Positions 1-10,686 of a stretch of DNA of 64,000 nt are shown piece after piece. Position numbers and translations under genes: made by a program. The notes under the pieces were generated by a model, which was not told the DNA's origin, searched no databases, and saw only the letters and a program-made list of their open reading frames with translations. The DNA lies in the NCBI GenBank assembly GCA_034521595.1, contig JAXHMG010000002.1, positions 32,001 to 96,000 on the forward strand, given 5' to 3'. Source of the stretch: Gemmatimonadota bacterium (GTDB lineage Bacteria > Gemmatimonadota > Gemmatimonadetes > Longimicrobiales > Gaopeijiaceae). Numbering within the stretch: the stretch's first letter is position 1; each line of letters opens with the position of its first letter.

Positions 1-708
1 GGAGAGCCGACCCGCCCGCACCAGTTCTACCTCGTCCGCGCGATCTACAGTGAGCGGAGCCGCTTCGGCGGCCGGAGGAGCGGCGGCGCTTGGGCCATCG
101 ACTACCCGGCCGCGGACCGGGTGATGACCCGCGTCGCGACGAGGCTCTCGAATCTGGACGCCTGCCCCTGGGAGAAGCCGATCTCCCTCGCCGATCCACA
201 GCTCCGGCGGCACCCGTTCGTGTACACCGTGGAGTGGGGACGCGGCGCGGACCTTACCGACGCGGAGGTACGGGGGCTCCGTGATTACCTGCGCGCGGGC
301 GGATTCCTGATGGTCGACGACTTCTGGGGCACCCGGGAATGGCAGGTGTTCGAGGAACAGATCCGGCGCGTCCTCCCCGACCGCGAGATCGTCGAAGTGC
401 CCCGGGACCACCCCGTTTTCCGCTCCTACTACGACATCGACGGGGACATCGTCCAGGTGCCCGGCATCCGGGACGGTCGCGCCATCACGAGGGGATGGAG
501 CGACGCGCGCACCCACCAGCGGGACGGATACGAAGCGCACCTTCGCGGCATCTTCGACGACGACGGCCGCCTCATGGTGGCGATCAACTGGAACACCGAC
601 CTGGGCGACGCCCTGGAATGGGCGGAATCCCCCGAATATCCGCTCGAGTACTCGACGTTCGCTTCGAGGCTCTTCCTGAACCTCATCGTCTACGCCATGG
701 CGTACTGA
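1..708 (+). CDS. DUF4159 domain protein (5' truncated by window edge)
   Basis: Frame open from base 1 (GEPTRPHQFYLVRAIYS...WAIDYPAADR); motifs LRDYLRAGGFLMVDDFWG and NTDLGDALEW are typical of DUF4159. Confidence 0.8.
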   Translation, partial: GEPTRPHQFYLVRAIYSERSRFGGRRSGGAWAIDYPAADRVMTRVATRLSNLDACPWEKPISLADPQLRRHPFVYTVEWGRGADLTDAEVRGLRDYLRAGGFLMVDDFWGTREWQVFEEQIRRVLPDREIVEVPRDHPVFRSYYDIDGDIVQVPGIRDGRAITRGWSDARTHQRDGYEAHLRGIFDDDGRLMVAINWNTDLGDALEWAESPEYPLEYSTFASRLFLNLIVYAMAY

Positions 709-750
709 CCGCCGGTGCCGCGCGCCTGCGAGGTTCGGCGCACGGGCCCC

Positions 751-1551
751 TCAGATCTTCCGCCTGGGCGGCACCACCAGCTCGCCCCGCTCCAACCGGT
801 CGAGGAGCCCTTCGGCGGCTAGGCGGAGGCGGTCGGCTTTCCGGTGGAACGTGGCCCGACCGACCATCGAGCCCCCGACGCCGCCTACCCCGGCGCCGAC
901 CAAGCCGACGGCCACCGTCGCCGCGGGAGGGAAGAGCGCGGACAACCCCACCGCGCTTCCGACGCCCCCCACGACCGCCAGCCCCGCGATCCAGCCACCC
1001 CCCTCCTCCATGCGCAGGTTCCGCACGTCCACGGTGAGGGTCACGAGGCTGAACCCTTCCTCGAGCGCCTGCACGGAGAGCTCGAGCTGCCGTGCCTGCG
1101 CCAGCTCGTAGCGCTGCCCGCCCCATTTCAGGCCACGCTGGAGCTGCGCGAGCATCCCTTCCGCCGGCTCCCAGAGCGAGAAGCCGGCACGGCGGCGCAC
1201 GGCGTCGAGGCTCTCCTGCTTCGAGAGCCACCGCACCAGTCGCTCTTCGACCTCGTCCGGATCTCCCGGGATCACCCGGTCCGCACGCACGCTTCCCTCG
1301 CCCACCACGCGCCGCAGCGGTCCCGAATCCGGCGGCAGCGCGGGAACGAGCGCCTCGGCCCGCACCTCCCCGAGCGCACGCCGCATGTGACCGGGATCGA
1401 GCCCCACCTCACGCCCGATACGCAGCACCTCGTCCTCGGAGAGAACGCCCGCGTCGTCGGTGCCTTCCTGGAACTGGAGCTCGGCCGCGCGACGGATCAC
1501 GCGGTCGAGATCGGCACGGCTGAGGGCCGGCCGTGGCGCGTCCTCCGTCAC
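751..1551 (-). CDS. Hypothetical membrane protein
   Basis: N-terminal LSRADLDRVIRRAAELQ...IGREVGLDP helical domain, two C-terminal Gly-rich TM segments; start uncertain (GTG 1551, or 1590). Confidence 0.6.
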   Translation of the reverse strand: MTEDAPRPALSRADLDRVIRRAAELQFQEGTDDAGVLSEDEVLRIGREVGLDPGHMRRALGEVRAEALVPALPPDSGPLRRVVGEGSVRADRVIPGDPDEVEERLVRWLSKQESLDAVRRRAGFSLWEPAEGMLAQLQRGLKWGGQRYELAQARQLELSVQALEEGFSLVTLTVDVRNLRMEEGGGWIAGLAVVGGVGSAVGLSALFPPAATVAVGLVGAGVGGVGGSMVGRATFHRKADRLRLAAEGLLDRLERGELVVPPRRKI

Positions 1552-1671
1552 CGCCACCGTCCCGCGATCGGCGCACGCCCGGAGGAGCACCGGATCGGAT
1601 CGAGCACATCGAGCACCATCATCCCGGAATCTTCCGCCGCAGGCGCACTCCGGGCAACACCCGCCTCCGGC

Positions 1672-3826
1672 TCAGCCGTCGACCCGCTCGTGCCGGAAGG
1701 ACCCGTTCGGCTGGTGGAAGGTCACGGCCGTGGCGTCACCATCTTCCGGAACCTCGAACGCGACTCGGATCTGGGGGGCCGCCTCGAGCGTGAAGCTGGT
1801 TCCTCGGTCGGGGACGAGAGTGTAGGAGGGCTGACCGGGGATCGTGGCGACGAGCTGCGCACCCTGGCGTCGTACCTCGATGGTCTGGCCGTCTCGGTCG
1901 TACGAGCCGGTGAGGCGGTCGAGATACGCGGGATCGGTGAGGCGGCTGTCCGGAGCTCGATCGAAGGTCGCCGCCGACAGCGCCGACTCGAGGGGCACTT
2001 CGACCGCGCCGACGGAACCGTCGAACGCCGTGACGAACCGGACGCGTTGTCCGGCGAGCGGGGACAGCTCCTCGGGATCGCGGGTCACGAACACGTCGTA
2101 GTGGACGTGCTCGAGGTCGAAGGTGAGGTCGTAGTAGTGGAGGCGCAGGGGGGCGCCGTCCTTCGGGTCCTCGACGACGGACACGGTCAGCTCGCCGTAC
2201 CCGGGATGATGATACGCTCCCGCGTACGCGTCGAGCTCGTGGGACGGGGTCGTCCCCTCGACGACCGGGGGTCCCTCTTCGGGCGCCTCCTGCCTCCGGG
2301 CCCTCGACGCTGTCGGTCCGGGCACGCCGGTCGTCGCGTTCGGCGAGCGCCTCTCCGCTCCAGTCACGCGGTTCGAGCTCCAACACGCGGTCGGCCACCT
2401 GCCGCGCCGCGAACTCCGCCAGCGGGGTCCCGTTCTTGTTGGTGAGGACGACGATGCCCAGCTCGTCGTGCGGGAACAGGGCCACCATCGCGCTGAAGCC
2501 GTCGATGTTACCGCCGTGATGGACGCGGAAGTGACCGCGGTAGCTGTCCACGAACCACCCCAGGGCGTAGCTCTGAACACCGAACGCGGGATCGCTGGGC
2601 CGGGAAGCGATCGCCATCGCGGGCGTCTGTAGTGCTTCGACCGTCCCCTGCTCGAGAATCGTCCGCCCATCGAGGGTTCCCTCGGCGAGGTGGAGCCGGA
2701 GCCACTCCGCCATCTCCTCGGCGGAGCTGTTGATGGATCCGGCCGGGCCCACGGCGTCGATGGTGCGGAAGTCGATGCGGACCAGTGAGTCGTTCCGCTC
2801 CGCATAGGGAAGCGCGTGGTCGGGGTCGCTCTGGCTCGTCCGCACGGAGAGGCCGGAGCGGGGCATCCCCAACGGATCGAGAAGCCGCTCGCGAATGAGC
2901 TCCTCCCAGGACGCCTCTCCCACGCGCTCCATGAGATGGCCGGCGACCATGTACATGAGGTTGTTGTACTGCCAGGCCGCGCGAAGCGGCTCGGTCGGCG
3001 GCAGGTGCGGCAGCCGCTCGAGCACCTCCGCGCGCGTCAGCTCCGGGTTCGCGTACCAGATGGCGTCGTGCCGGGGGAGGCCCGAGCGGTGAGTCACCAG
3101 GTCCCGAACCGTCATCGCTTCCGCGACCGCGGTATCCGCGAGCGCGAACTCGGGCAGGTGGGCGCGGACGCGGTCTTCCCAGTCGAGCGCACCGTCATCC
3201 ACGAAGGTCCCGAGTAGCGAGGTCGTGAACGCCTTCGTGGATGAGCCGATGGCGAAGAGCGTCTCCTCCGTCACCGGAAGCGAGTCCTCGACATCGCGGA
3301 GGCCGTAGCCCGCCAGGTGCGCCACCTCGCCGTCCTTGACCACCGCCAACCCGAGGCCGGGCACGTTCCAGGCGTCCATGTGCTCGGCCATCCAGGCGTC
3401 GAGCCCGTCCAACGCCGCCGTCAGGTCCACCGCTTCCGCCCGTTCCAAGGCGAACGGGAAGGTCTGGGAGCCCTGAGTGAAGTCGCCTTCGAGGGCGGCG
3501 CGTTCCGGCCCGACCTCACCCCGGAAGGTGGGATCACCGGGCACGCCTTCGATCGAGAACACGACCGAATCCTCGACGACCCGGATGCCGGTCAGCGGCT
3601 CCTGCTCGGCTCCCTGGCTCGGGATGTCCACCGTGCCGGACCAATCACCGGCCTCGGATCGCGCGAGCGACACGGTGAAGGCCAACGGACTTCCGGGAAC
3701 GGCGATCTCGCCCCGCCACGTCCCTTCCGGATCCGCCGGTGCGTCTTGTGCCCGTGAGGGCGTCGGTCCAGCGAGCCCGCCGGCCACGACGAAGAGGAGG
3801 GGGAGAAGAGCTCGGCACACCATCAT
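1672..3826 (-). pseudogene. Secreted serine hydrolase (beta-lactamase/PBP family plus DUF3471-like C-terminus), split by a 1-nt frameshift near 2301-2303
   Basis: Signal peptide; SxxK (GSSTK), YNN and HGG motifs in ORF 1736..3910; C-terminal domain (YAGAYHHPGYG) lies in the frame of ORF 1672..2805. Confidence 0.8.
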
Positions 3827-3933
3827 GACTGCCTCGTTCGCTGGGGTGCGGAGTCGCGTACCGACTCCTTCACGGACCGCCCTACAGTGACCGCAACGGC
3901 CGAGTTTCAAGCGCTTGGCCCGTGAGGCGGATG

Positions 3934-6900
3934 TCAGCGCCCACCCCCCACGCCCGGCACTCCTTCGGGCTCGTCACTCCACCACCAGAGCGGCGCGAGC
4001 TCGCGCGTGCGCGGGTGGATCTCGGTAAGGGTGTCGCCTTCGTACAGGCGGCCGTTCTTCATCACGTAGCGGACGGTGTTCGTGTGGCGGATGTCGTCGA
4101 GCGGGTTCTCGTCGAGCACGACCAGGTCGGCGAGCTTGCCGGGCTCGATCGAGCCGAGATCCCGGTCGAGGCCGATGGCCTCAGCACCCTGGATGGTCGC
4201 CACCCGAAGCGCGTCGTGCTCATCGAGCCCCCCGGATTGCATGGCCCACAGCTCCCAGTGGTAGCCGAGCCCCTGGAGCTGGCCGTGGCTTCCGACACCG
4301 GCCTTTCCGCCCGCCTCCACCAGGTCCGCCACGAAGCGGGCGTGATCCCGGAAGACATGCTCCTCTTCCATGAACCAGCCGGCCCCCCGGCGCCGCGTGG
4401 ACCCGTCGAGCACGCCGTACGGCGTGAAGCGCGCGAGCTTCGGATCGTCGTGCGGCTGCTCTCGTGAGTAGAAGTAGTTCTCGGCCCACGGACCGCCGTA
4501 CGCGACGAGCAGGGTCGGCGTGTAGACACGCCCGCTCTCCGCGAAGAGGCGCACGTAGTCCTCGTAGACCGGGTAGACCGGAATCGAGTGCTCGAGCCCG
4601 GGATAGCCATCGATGGTTTCCGTGAGGTTCTGCTTGAGGTTCAGCGATCCCTCGGTCGTCGGCATGAGCTCGTGCTCGCGAGCCGCCTGGATGATCCACT
4701 GGCGCTGCTCCCTCGTGCCGGCCACGTACATCTTCAACGTCTTGGTATCGAAGTAGTCGGCGTAGCGCCGGATGAGCGTGCGGGCCTCGTCGAGGGAATC
4801 GACGTTGGACTGGAAGAAGATGCCCGGGCCGGTCGAGTAGATGCGCGGCCCCACGAGCTCGCCCGCTCGCACCCGGTCTTCGTAGGTGAGGACGTCCGTG
4901 CTTCCGGTCTGGGGATCGCGGGTCGTCGTGACCCCGTAGGCGAGGTTCACGAAATAGGCCCACACGTCCGCGCGGTGCACGTTGAAGGACGGACGCAGGT
5001 GGGCGTGCGTGTCGACGAACCCGGGCACGATCGTGCGGCCGGAGACGTCCACGACCTCCGCGCCCGAAGGCACCTCCACGTCGCCCCGGGGACCGACGTC
5101 GACGATGCGGTTGTCCCGAACCACGAGATCGGCGTCCTCCACCACCTCGTCGTCCCTCATCGTGATCACACGCGCGCCCCGAAGCACGACCGTGCCCCGC
5201 GGAATGTCCCGCGCGACCGCTACCTCTACCCGGTGCTCCACGGCCCGGTATCCGGTCTCGCCGTCATCGGACTCCTCGTCCTCAGCGTCGGCGTCTTCAT
5301 CCTCATCGGCTTCGGCCACCTCGACGCTGTCCTCGTAGGCCCGCGCCGCGTCGAGGTCGTAGACGAAGTGCGCGTTGCCGAGCGACCAGTGCACCGTCCG
5401 CCCGTCCGCGCCCCAGGCCGGGAACTCGCCTCCGAAATCGGTCAGCTTGCGGGCCGGAAACGCCGCGTCGTCGGGGTCGCCGACCTGAATGGTCGGGGCG
5501 GTGCCTACGTCCGGAACCGTCAGCGTATAGACGTGGTTGAGGATGTGCGCCAGCGCCCGGTCGCCGGTCGGTGCCATGACGACGGACGAGGGGCTCTGCG
5601 CGTCGTCCTGGCCCGTCACGTCCTCCCCTCGCACCCGCACGTGGGTCTGCTCGTCCGTGCCGTCCCACCGGACCGAGACGAGCCGGTCCGGCGAGCGGAA
5701 GAGGTGAATGCGCTCCCCGTCCTCCGTGAAGTGCGGTCGGCTCCGGTCCCCCAAGGGCATGACGACGGTGGCCTGCCCGCCCGCGGCCGGAAGCCAGACG
5801 AGCTCGTCGGCCGAGCTCCCGGCGCCCTGGCTCGGGTGTTCCAGGAACGCCCGAGCGTCTCCCCGCAACACCACGATCCGCTCCCCGTCGGGGGACCAGG
5901 CGGGCTGGCTGTAGAACGCGGGCAGCTCCGAGAGCCGCTCGGGCGTGCCCCCATCGGCGGACACGCGGTACACGTGACCGGCCTCACCTTCCCACGTCAC
6001 GAACGCGAGCGAGCCACCATCCGGAGACCACGCGGGCATGTGCTGTTGGGCGTCCGGCATCTCCGCGACCCTCCGCGGGCTCGTTCCGTCGACGTTCGCC
6101 ACGTACAGGCGGTCGAGCGCGGTGAACGCGAGGCGGGTACCGTCGGGAGACGGGACCGCATCACGGATCTGGCGGGCCGTGAAGGTCTCCGTGTCCTCGA
6201 TCGGATAGTCGAAATCGACTTCGGGACCGATCTCGAGGTCGAAGCGGACCCGGAAAGGGATCTCCTCCGCGGACCCGCCGTCCACCGGAAGCCGCCAGAT
6301 CTTGCCGCCGTAGCTCGTTACCAGGTGCTCCGAGTCCGGCGTGAACGACATGCCCGGCAGCACGTCGAGCGTGGCCCGCGACTCCTGGTCGTCGTGCTGG
6401 ACGGGGTGCGCGAGCCAGCGCTCGTCGCCCGACTCCAGGTCGCGGATCCGGAGCCCGGTCTCCGCGTCGTGGCGTGTCCCGTAGACCAGCCACCGTCCGT
6501 CGGGCGAGAGGGTGGGACGAAACGCGCTTCCGACCCGCTCGACCCGCGTGTGCACCTCGCCGGTCTCCCGGTCGTACGCGCGGACACGGTACTGCGGAAG
6601 ATCGGCGTTGTACTCCCAATCTCCGGAGCCGGTGCGCTGGGCGAACCACACCCACCGTCCCTCCGGACTGAACGCCGCGCCCACGGCCTTGCGCAGATCC
6701 TCCTCTTCCAGCAGATCCACGCCCGACCCGCCGTCGACGTGCCACAGCCTCAAATTCGGGTTTCCACCGTACCGGAACGTGCCGCTGCCGAACGTCGCGA
6801 CGACGTAGTTCCCGTCCGGCGACCAGTCCGGTGCCTCGGCCCGGTTCGCTTCTCCCCGCGAGACTTGCGTCGTGTCGGTCCGGTCGAGGCTGATGGTCCA

Positions 6901-7272
6901 GATATTCTGACCGCCGTCCCGGTCGGACGTGAAGGCCACTCGCTCGCCGTCCGGCGAGAAGCGCGGCTGTGCGTCGAAGGCCATGCCCGACGTGAGCTGC
7001 GTCGCCTCGCCACCCTCGATGGGAACGGTGAACAGGTCACCCAGATAATCGAATACGAGAGTGCGCCCGTCCGGACTGACATCGAGCGAGATCCAGGAAC
7101 CTTCGGTGAGGTCGATGGGCACCGTGCGCCCGGGCTCCAGCGGGAGGCTGCCGTGCGCGCCATCTCCCCCGGTCTCGTCCCCTTCCGGTTCCTGGCCGAC
7201 GGCCCCGCCGGCGAGACCCGCCGACACCAGCAATACGGATACCATCGCGAGCGCGTGCCTGCCCATCCTCAT
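3934..7272 (-). CDS. Amidohydrolase with N-terminal PD40/TolB-like beta-propeller
   Basis: Signal peptide, repeated P-x-[FW]-SPDG, PGFVDTHAH metal motif, GSIEPGKLADLVVL; AGGAGG RBS before ATG 7272. Confidence 0.88.
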   Translation of the reverse strand: MRMGRHALAMVSVLLVSAGLAGGAVGQEPEGDETGGDGAHGSLPLEPGRTVPIDLTEGSWISLDVSPDGRTLVFDYLGDLFTVPIEGGEATQLTSGMAFDAQPRFSPDGERVAFTSDRDGGQNIWTISLDRTDTTQVSRGEANRAEAPDWSPDGNYVVATFGSGTFRYGGNPNLRLWHVDGGSGVDLLEEEDLRKAVGAAFSPEGRWVWFAQRTGSGDWEYNADLPQYRVRAYDRETGEVHTRVERVGSAFRPTLSPDGRWLVYGTRHDAETGLRIRDLESGDERWLAHPVQHDDQESRATLDVLPGMSFTPDSEHLVTSYGGKIWRLPVDGGSAEEIPFRVRFDLEIGPEVDFDYPIEDTETFTARQIRDAVPSPDGTRLAFTALDRLYVANVDGTSPRRVAEMPDAQQHMPAWSPDGGSLAFVTWEGEAGHVYRVSADGGTPERLSELPAFYSQPAWSPDGERIVVLRGDARAFLEHPSQGAGSSADELVWLPAAGGQATVVMPLGDRSRPHFTEDGERIHLFRSPDRLVSVRWDGTDEQTHVRVRGEDVTGQDDAQSPSSVVMAPTGDRALAHILNHVYTLTVPDVGTAPTIQVGDPDDAAFPARKLTDFGGEFPAWGADGRTVHWSLGNAHFVYDLDAARAYEDSVEVAEADEDEDADAEDEESDDGETGYRAVEHRVEVAVARDIPRGTVVLRGARVITMRDDEVVEDADLVVRDNRIVDVGPRGDVEVPSGAEVVDVSGRTIVPGFVDTHAHLRPSFNVHRADVWAYFVNLAYGVTTTRDPQTGSTDVLTYEDRVRAGELVGPRIYSTGPGIFFQSNVDSLDEARTLIRRYADYFDTKTLKMYVAGTREQRQWIIQAAREHELMPTTEGSLNLKQNLTETIDGYPGLEHSIPVYPVYEDYVRLFAESGRVYTPTLLVAYGGPWAENYFYSREQPHDDPKLARFTPYGVLDGSTRRRGAGWFMEEEHVFRDHARFVADLVEAGGKAGVGSHGQLQGLGYHWELWAMQSGGLDEHDALRVATIQGAEAIGLDRDLGSIEPGKLADLVVLDENPLDDIRHTNTVRYVMKNGRLYEGDTLTEIHPRTRELAPLWWWSDEPEGVPGVGGGR

Positions 7273-7407
7273 GACCCTCCTCCTGTTCACTCCTGGACCG
7301 TCCACACCATGTTCACGGGCGCGCTGCGACTCCCGGACCCGCGTCGAGAGCCGCGCACGGCCCGCCGGCCGCCACAATAGTGGACGGAGCACGTCCCTGC
7401 ACGTCGC

Positions 7408-9672
7408 TCACGCTCTCCGTCGAGCCTCCCCGATGGCCTTCTCGAGGGACTCCACGGACCAGGGTTTGGCGAGGAAGGTGACGTTGTCGGGAAGCTGGGC
7501 GTGCCCCACCATCTGCGACACGTGACGGCCGCTGGTGAGCACGAACGGAAGCTCCGCGCCCCGCTCCCGACTCCGCTTCACGAGCTCGATCCCGTCGATC
7601 TGGTCCATGGAGATGTCCGAGATGACGAGGTCGTACTCGCCCGCCGCCTCCCCGAGCTTCCGGAGCGCCTCACGCGGATCGGCCGTCACCGCGACGTGAT
7701 GTCCCAGGCGCGTCAACACTCGCTCGGACGTGCGGCGAAGCGCCTCTTCGTCCTCCACGAGCAGGATCCGCAGAGCACCACCCGAGACCCCCGCCTTTCC
7801 GGGCACATCCGCGTGCGCAGGGGTAGCCCGGCCGGCAGTCTCCGAGGGCCGCGCGCTCCCGTGTTCCGCATCACCCGCTTCCGCGGCCTCGGACACGGCC
7901 GGGAGGTAGACACGGAAGCTCGTGCCCACGCCGACCTCACTGTAGGCATGGATATGTCCCCCCTGCTGACGCACCAGCCCGTGCACGGACGCGAGCCCGA
8001 GCCCCGTACCGACCCCCTCCTCCTTGGTCGAGAAGAAGGGCTCGAAGATCCGGTCGAGCGTATCGCGATCCATGCCGGTGCCGGTGTCGGTCACGGTGAG
8101 TCGGCCGAAGCGCCCGGGCTCGATCCAGGGCCGGTCCTCCACGAAGCTGGCGTCGGCCTCGATCTCGTCCACGCTCACCACGAGCCGTCCCCCTTCGGGC
8201 ATCGCGTCACGCGCATTGGACACGAGGTTGAGCAGGATCTGCTGCAGGGCGCGGGGATCGGCGTGCACGACGGGTCCCGTCTCCGGCAGCTCCATGACGA
8301 CCGCGACGTCGTCGTCGAGGAGCTTGGACGCCAGACGCATGCCCTCGCCCGCGACGTCGGACAGATCCACCGGCTCGATTCGGACCTCGGCCTTGCGGCT
8401 GAAGCGCATGAGGTTGGCCACCAGCTCACAGCCGGCCTGGGCGGAGCGCTCGATGTCGCCCAGAAGCTCCTCGTCGTCCTCGTCCTGGTCGTTCGCGCTC
8501 GCACGGAGTAGCTCCGCGTTCGTGAGCATCACGGTGAGCAGGTTGTTGAAGTCGTGGGCCACTCCGCTCGTCATGCGGCCGACAGCCTCGAGCTTCTGCG
8601 CCTGATGGAGCTGCGTCTCGACCGCCCGATGGTGCGTGACGTCGAGGAACGTTCCCACCCAATTCCCGGCTTCCCCGCCCTCCGTGGTCTCGACGGGCTT
8701 CCAGTGCGCGGTGAGCCAGCGCTGCCGACTCTCGCCATCCGCGTTGCCACGGGCTTCGAGAGCGAAGCTCGTGCGGCTGTCCGCCTTATCCCGCCACAGG
8801 TCCTCGAGCCGCTGGCGCTCGTCGGGATGGAGCATCTCCCACCAGGGACGCCCCACCCACTGGGACTCCTCCATCGAGAGAGCGCGCGCCCACCAGCGCG
8901 ACATCTCCAGAACCCGGCCGTCGACGTCCACCAGGAGGACGCCGGCGTCCGTGAGGCTCCGGAGGTTCTCCAGCCGACGTTCGACCCGGCCCCGCCGCTC
9001 CTCCTCCGCGGCCCGGTCCGCTTCCGCGCTCCATCGCCCCGTGATCTCGCGCAGGCGCGCTCGCCGGAGCAGGATGATTCCGACGCCCGTGCAGAGCAGG
9101 AACCCTCCCCACAACAGCATGAACGCTTCGTGGACGCGACCCGCGGCCCGAATCCCCTCCCTCACCTCGTTGTAGACGACACGCTCGAGCTCGGCCGCCA
9201 GGCTCTCCAGCTCGCTGAACCGCAGCCGCACGTCGACGGCGGAGAGCAGGGGGCCGTCCCCGTCCGTGAGGGTAGCCCGCAGCTCGCCGATTCCATCCTG
9301 GAGCGAACGGACGAGCTCCGACGCCTCCGGGACGTCGACCAGGCCATCGGCCGAAAAGCCGAGCAGCGCGCTTCTACCTCGAAGGAGATCCGACAGGCGC
9401 GTGGTCGCGTTGTCGAGCTCCGCCAACGAGCGAAGGGGCTCGAAGGTCGGATCACCCGTGGCGGTCCGCTCCCATGCCAGGTGCGCCCGCGCCAGGGCGA
9501 AGCGGGCCGTCATCAGGTTGTCCGTGGCAGCGACGGCCTCCTCGGTCCGGTCCGTGAAGCGCCAGTGCGAGGCCTCGAGCAGGACGAGCGAGAGCACGCC
9601 CAGCACGACGAACGCCACCATGCGGGGATCCCGCCAGCCGGACATGGCCTCCGGAGTATGCCGCCGGTTCAT
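7408..9672 (-). CDS. Hybrid sensor histidine kinase (2TM-PAS-HisKA-HATPase-REC)
   Basis: AHDFNNLL H-box, NLVSNARDAM, DTGTGM, GTGLGL, receiver ILLVEDE...ISDISM...KPW. Confidence 0.92.
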   Translation of the reverse strand: MNRRHTPEAMSGWRDPRMVAFVVLGVLSLVLLEASHWRFTDRTEEAVAATDNLMTARFALARAHLAWERTATGDPTFEPLRSLAELDNATTRLSDLLRGRSALLGFSADGLVDVPEASELVRSLQDGIGELRATLTDGDGPLLSAVDVRLRFSELESLAAELERVVYNEVREGIRAAGRVHEAFMLLWGGFLLCTGVGIILLRRARLREITGRWSAEADRAAEEERRGRVERRLENLRSLTDAGVLLVDVDGRVLEMSRWWARALSMEESQWVGRPWWEMLHPDERQRLEDLWRDKADSRTSFALEARGNADGESRQRWLTAHWKPVETTEGGEAGNWVGTFLDVTHHRAVETQLHQAQKLEAVGRMTSGVAHDFNNLLTVMLTNAELLRASANDQDEDDEELLGDIERSAQAGCELVANLMRFSRKAEVRIEPVDLSDVAGEGMRLASKLLDDDVAVVMELPETGPVVHADPRALQQILLNLVSNARDAMPEGGRLVVSVDEIEADASFVEDRPWIEPGRFGRLTVTDTGTGMDRDTLDRIFEPFFSTKEEGVGTGLGLASVHGLVRQQGGHIHAYSEVGVGTSFRVYLPAVSEAAEAGDAEHGSARPSETAGRATPAHADVPGKAGVSGGALRILLVEDEEALRRTSERVLTRLGHHVAVTADPREALRKLGEAAGEYDLVISDISMDQIDGIELVKRSRERGAELPFVLTSGRHVSQMVGHAQLPDNVTFLAKPWSVESLEKAIGEARRRA

Positions 9673-10535
9673 GGCTCCGAGCCCTCCGGAACGTCCTCCG
9701 CGGAGAAGCCGAACGGCTCGAGCGCGGCACGATGCCCCGCCGAGCCCACGAACGCCTCCAGTCCCCGATCCAGGGCCGCGAGCAGCTCCTCGTCGCCCCG
9801 CCTGACGGCCAGGGCGCTGCACCCCTCCACGAGATCCGCGATGGAGTCGGACGGCGTGTACCGGTACCAGCGCAGTCCTTCGAGGGCGTCCTGCGATCCC
9901 TGGATGGTCGGCGCGGTGAGGGCGAGCGCTCCGGCACGTCCGCCGGCGAGCGCGGTGACGCCGGTCGGAAGGTCCGGGACCACGAGCACGCGCTCCTCCG
10001 GGAGGCCCAGGATCGACACCGCCGTGTGCTCGACCGAGCCACGAACCACGGCGACTGGACCGAGCTCCTTCTCGTCACCCTCGAGGAACGCCTCCAGCCC
10101 CTCCGGCGCCGGGCCGTCCGCACGAACGAGGAAGGCCGCCCGTGAACAGCTCGTCGGTCGGGTGAAGTCGGCCTCCTCCCGTCGGGTGGCCGACGGGAAC
10201 AGTCCGGACGCGACCACGTCCACGTTCCCCTGGGCGAGCGCGGGAATCAACTCCTCGAATGGCATGCGCACCCAGCGGACGCTGTCCACCTCGAGCGCGG
10301 GCAGCGCCCCCCGCAAAGCCGCCGGAGACTCTCCGACCACCCGGCCGGTCGAGTCGAGCACCGCGTACGGAGGCTCGTGCGCGTACGCGGCCCGAACGAA
10401 ATCTTCGCGCTGAACCCGCTCCAGGGTCGATTCCGCCGACGCGGAGCAACCCTGGAGGGGCACGAGCGCGCTCACGAGCAGCGCAGGGAGGAACCGCACC
10501 CGGCGATATGCCAACGGGTACCCCATGGACTCCAT
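9669..10535 (-). CDS. Family-3 solute-binding lipoprotein, EhuB (ectoine/hydroxyectoine)-like
   Basis: Lipobox LQGC; AYAHEPPYA, GRVVGESP, FEELIPAL..GNVDVVASGLF; stop overlaps kinase start (ATGA). Confidence 0.72.
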   Translation of the reverse strand: MESMGYPLAYRRVRFLPALLVSALVPLQGCSASAESTLERVQREDFVRAAYAHEPPYAVLDSTGRVVGESPAALRGALPALEVDSVRWVRMPFEELIPALAQGNVDVVASGLFPSATRREEADFTRPTSCSRAAFLVRADGPAPEGLEAFLEGDEKELGPVAVVRGSVEHTAVSILGLPEERVLVVPDLPTGVTALAGGRAGALALTAPTIQGSQDALEGLRWYRYTPSDSIADLVEGCSALAVRRGDEELLAALDRGLEAFVGSAGHRAALEPFGFSAEDVPEGSEP

Positions 10536-10686
10536 CCTGCGCGACTTCTCGCGAGAATGAGGGACGGGAACAAGGGATTCATACCACCATGCGTGGCGAA
10601 CGAAGGACGGCGCTGCGCCGTGGCCCGCCGCAAGTTAGGCCGTACGTGGGTGCGGGAGCAATGAACGTCACCCGTCCGGACGGTTC

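Noticed and set aside
4588-7380. 930-aa + strand ORF
   Set aside because: Antisense shadow of the amidohydrolase; no motifs; expected at this GC content
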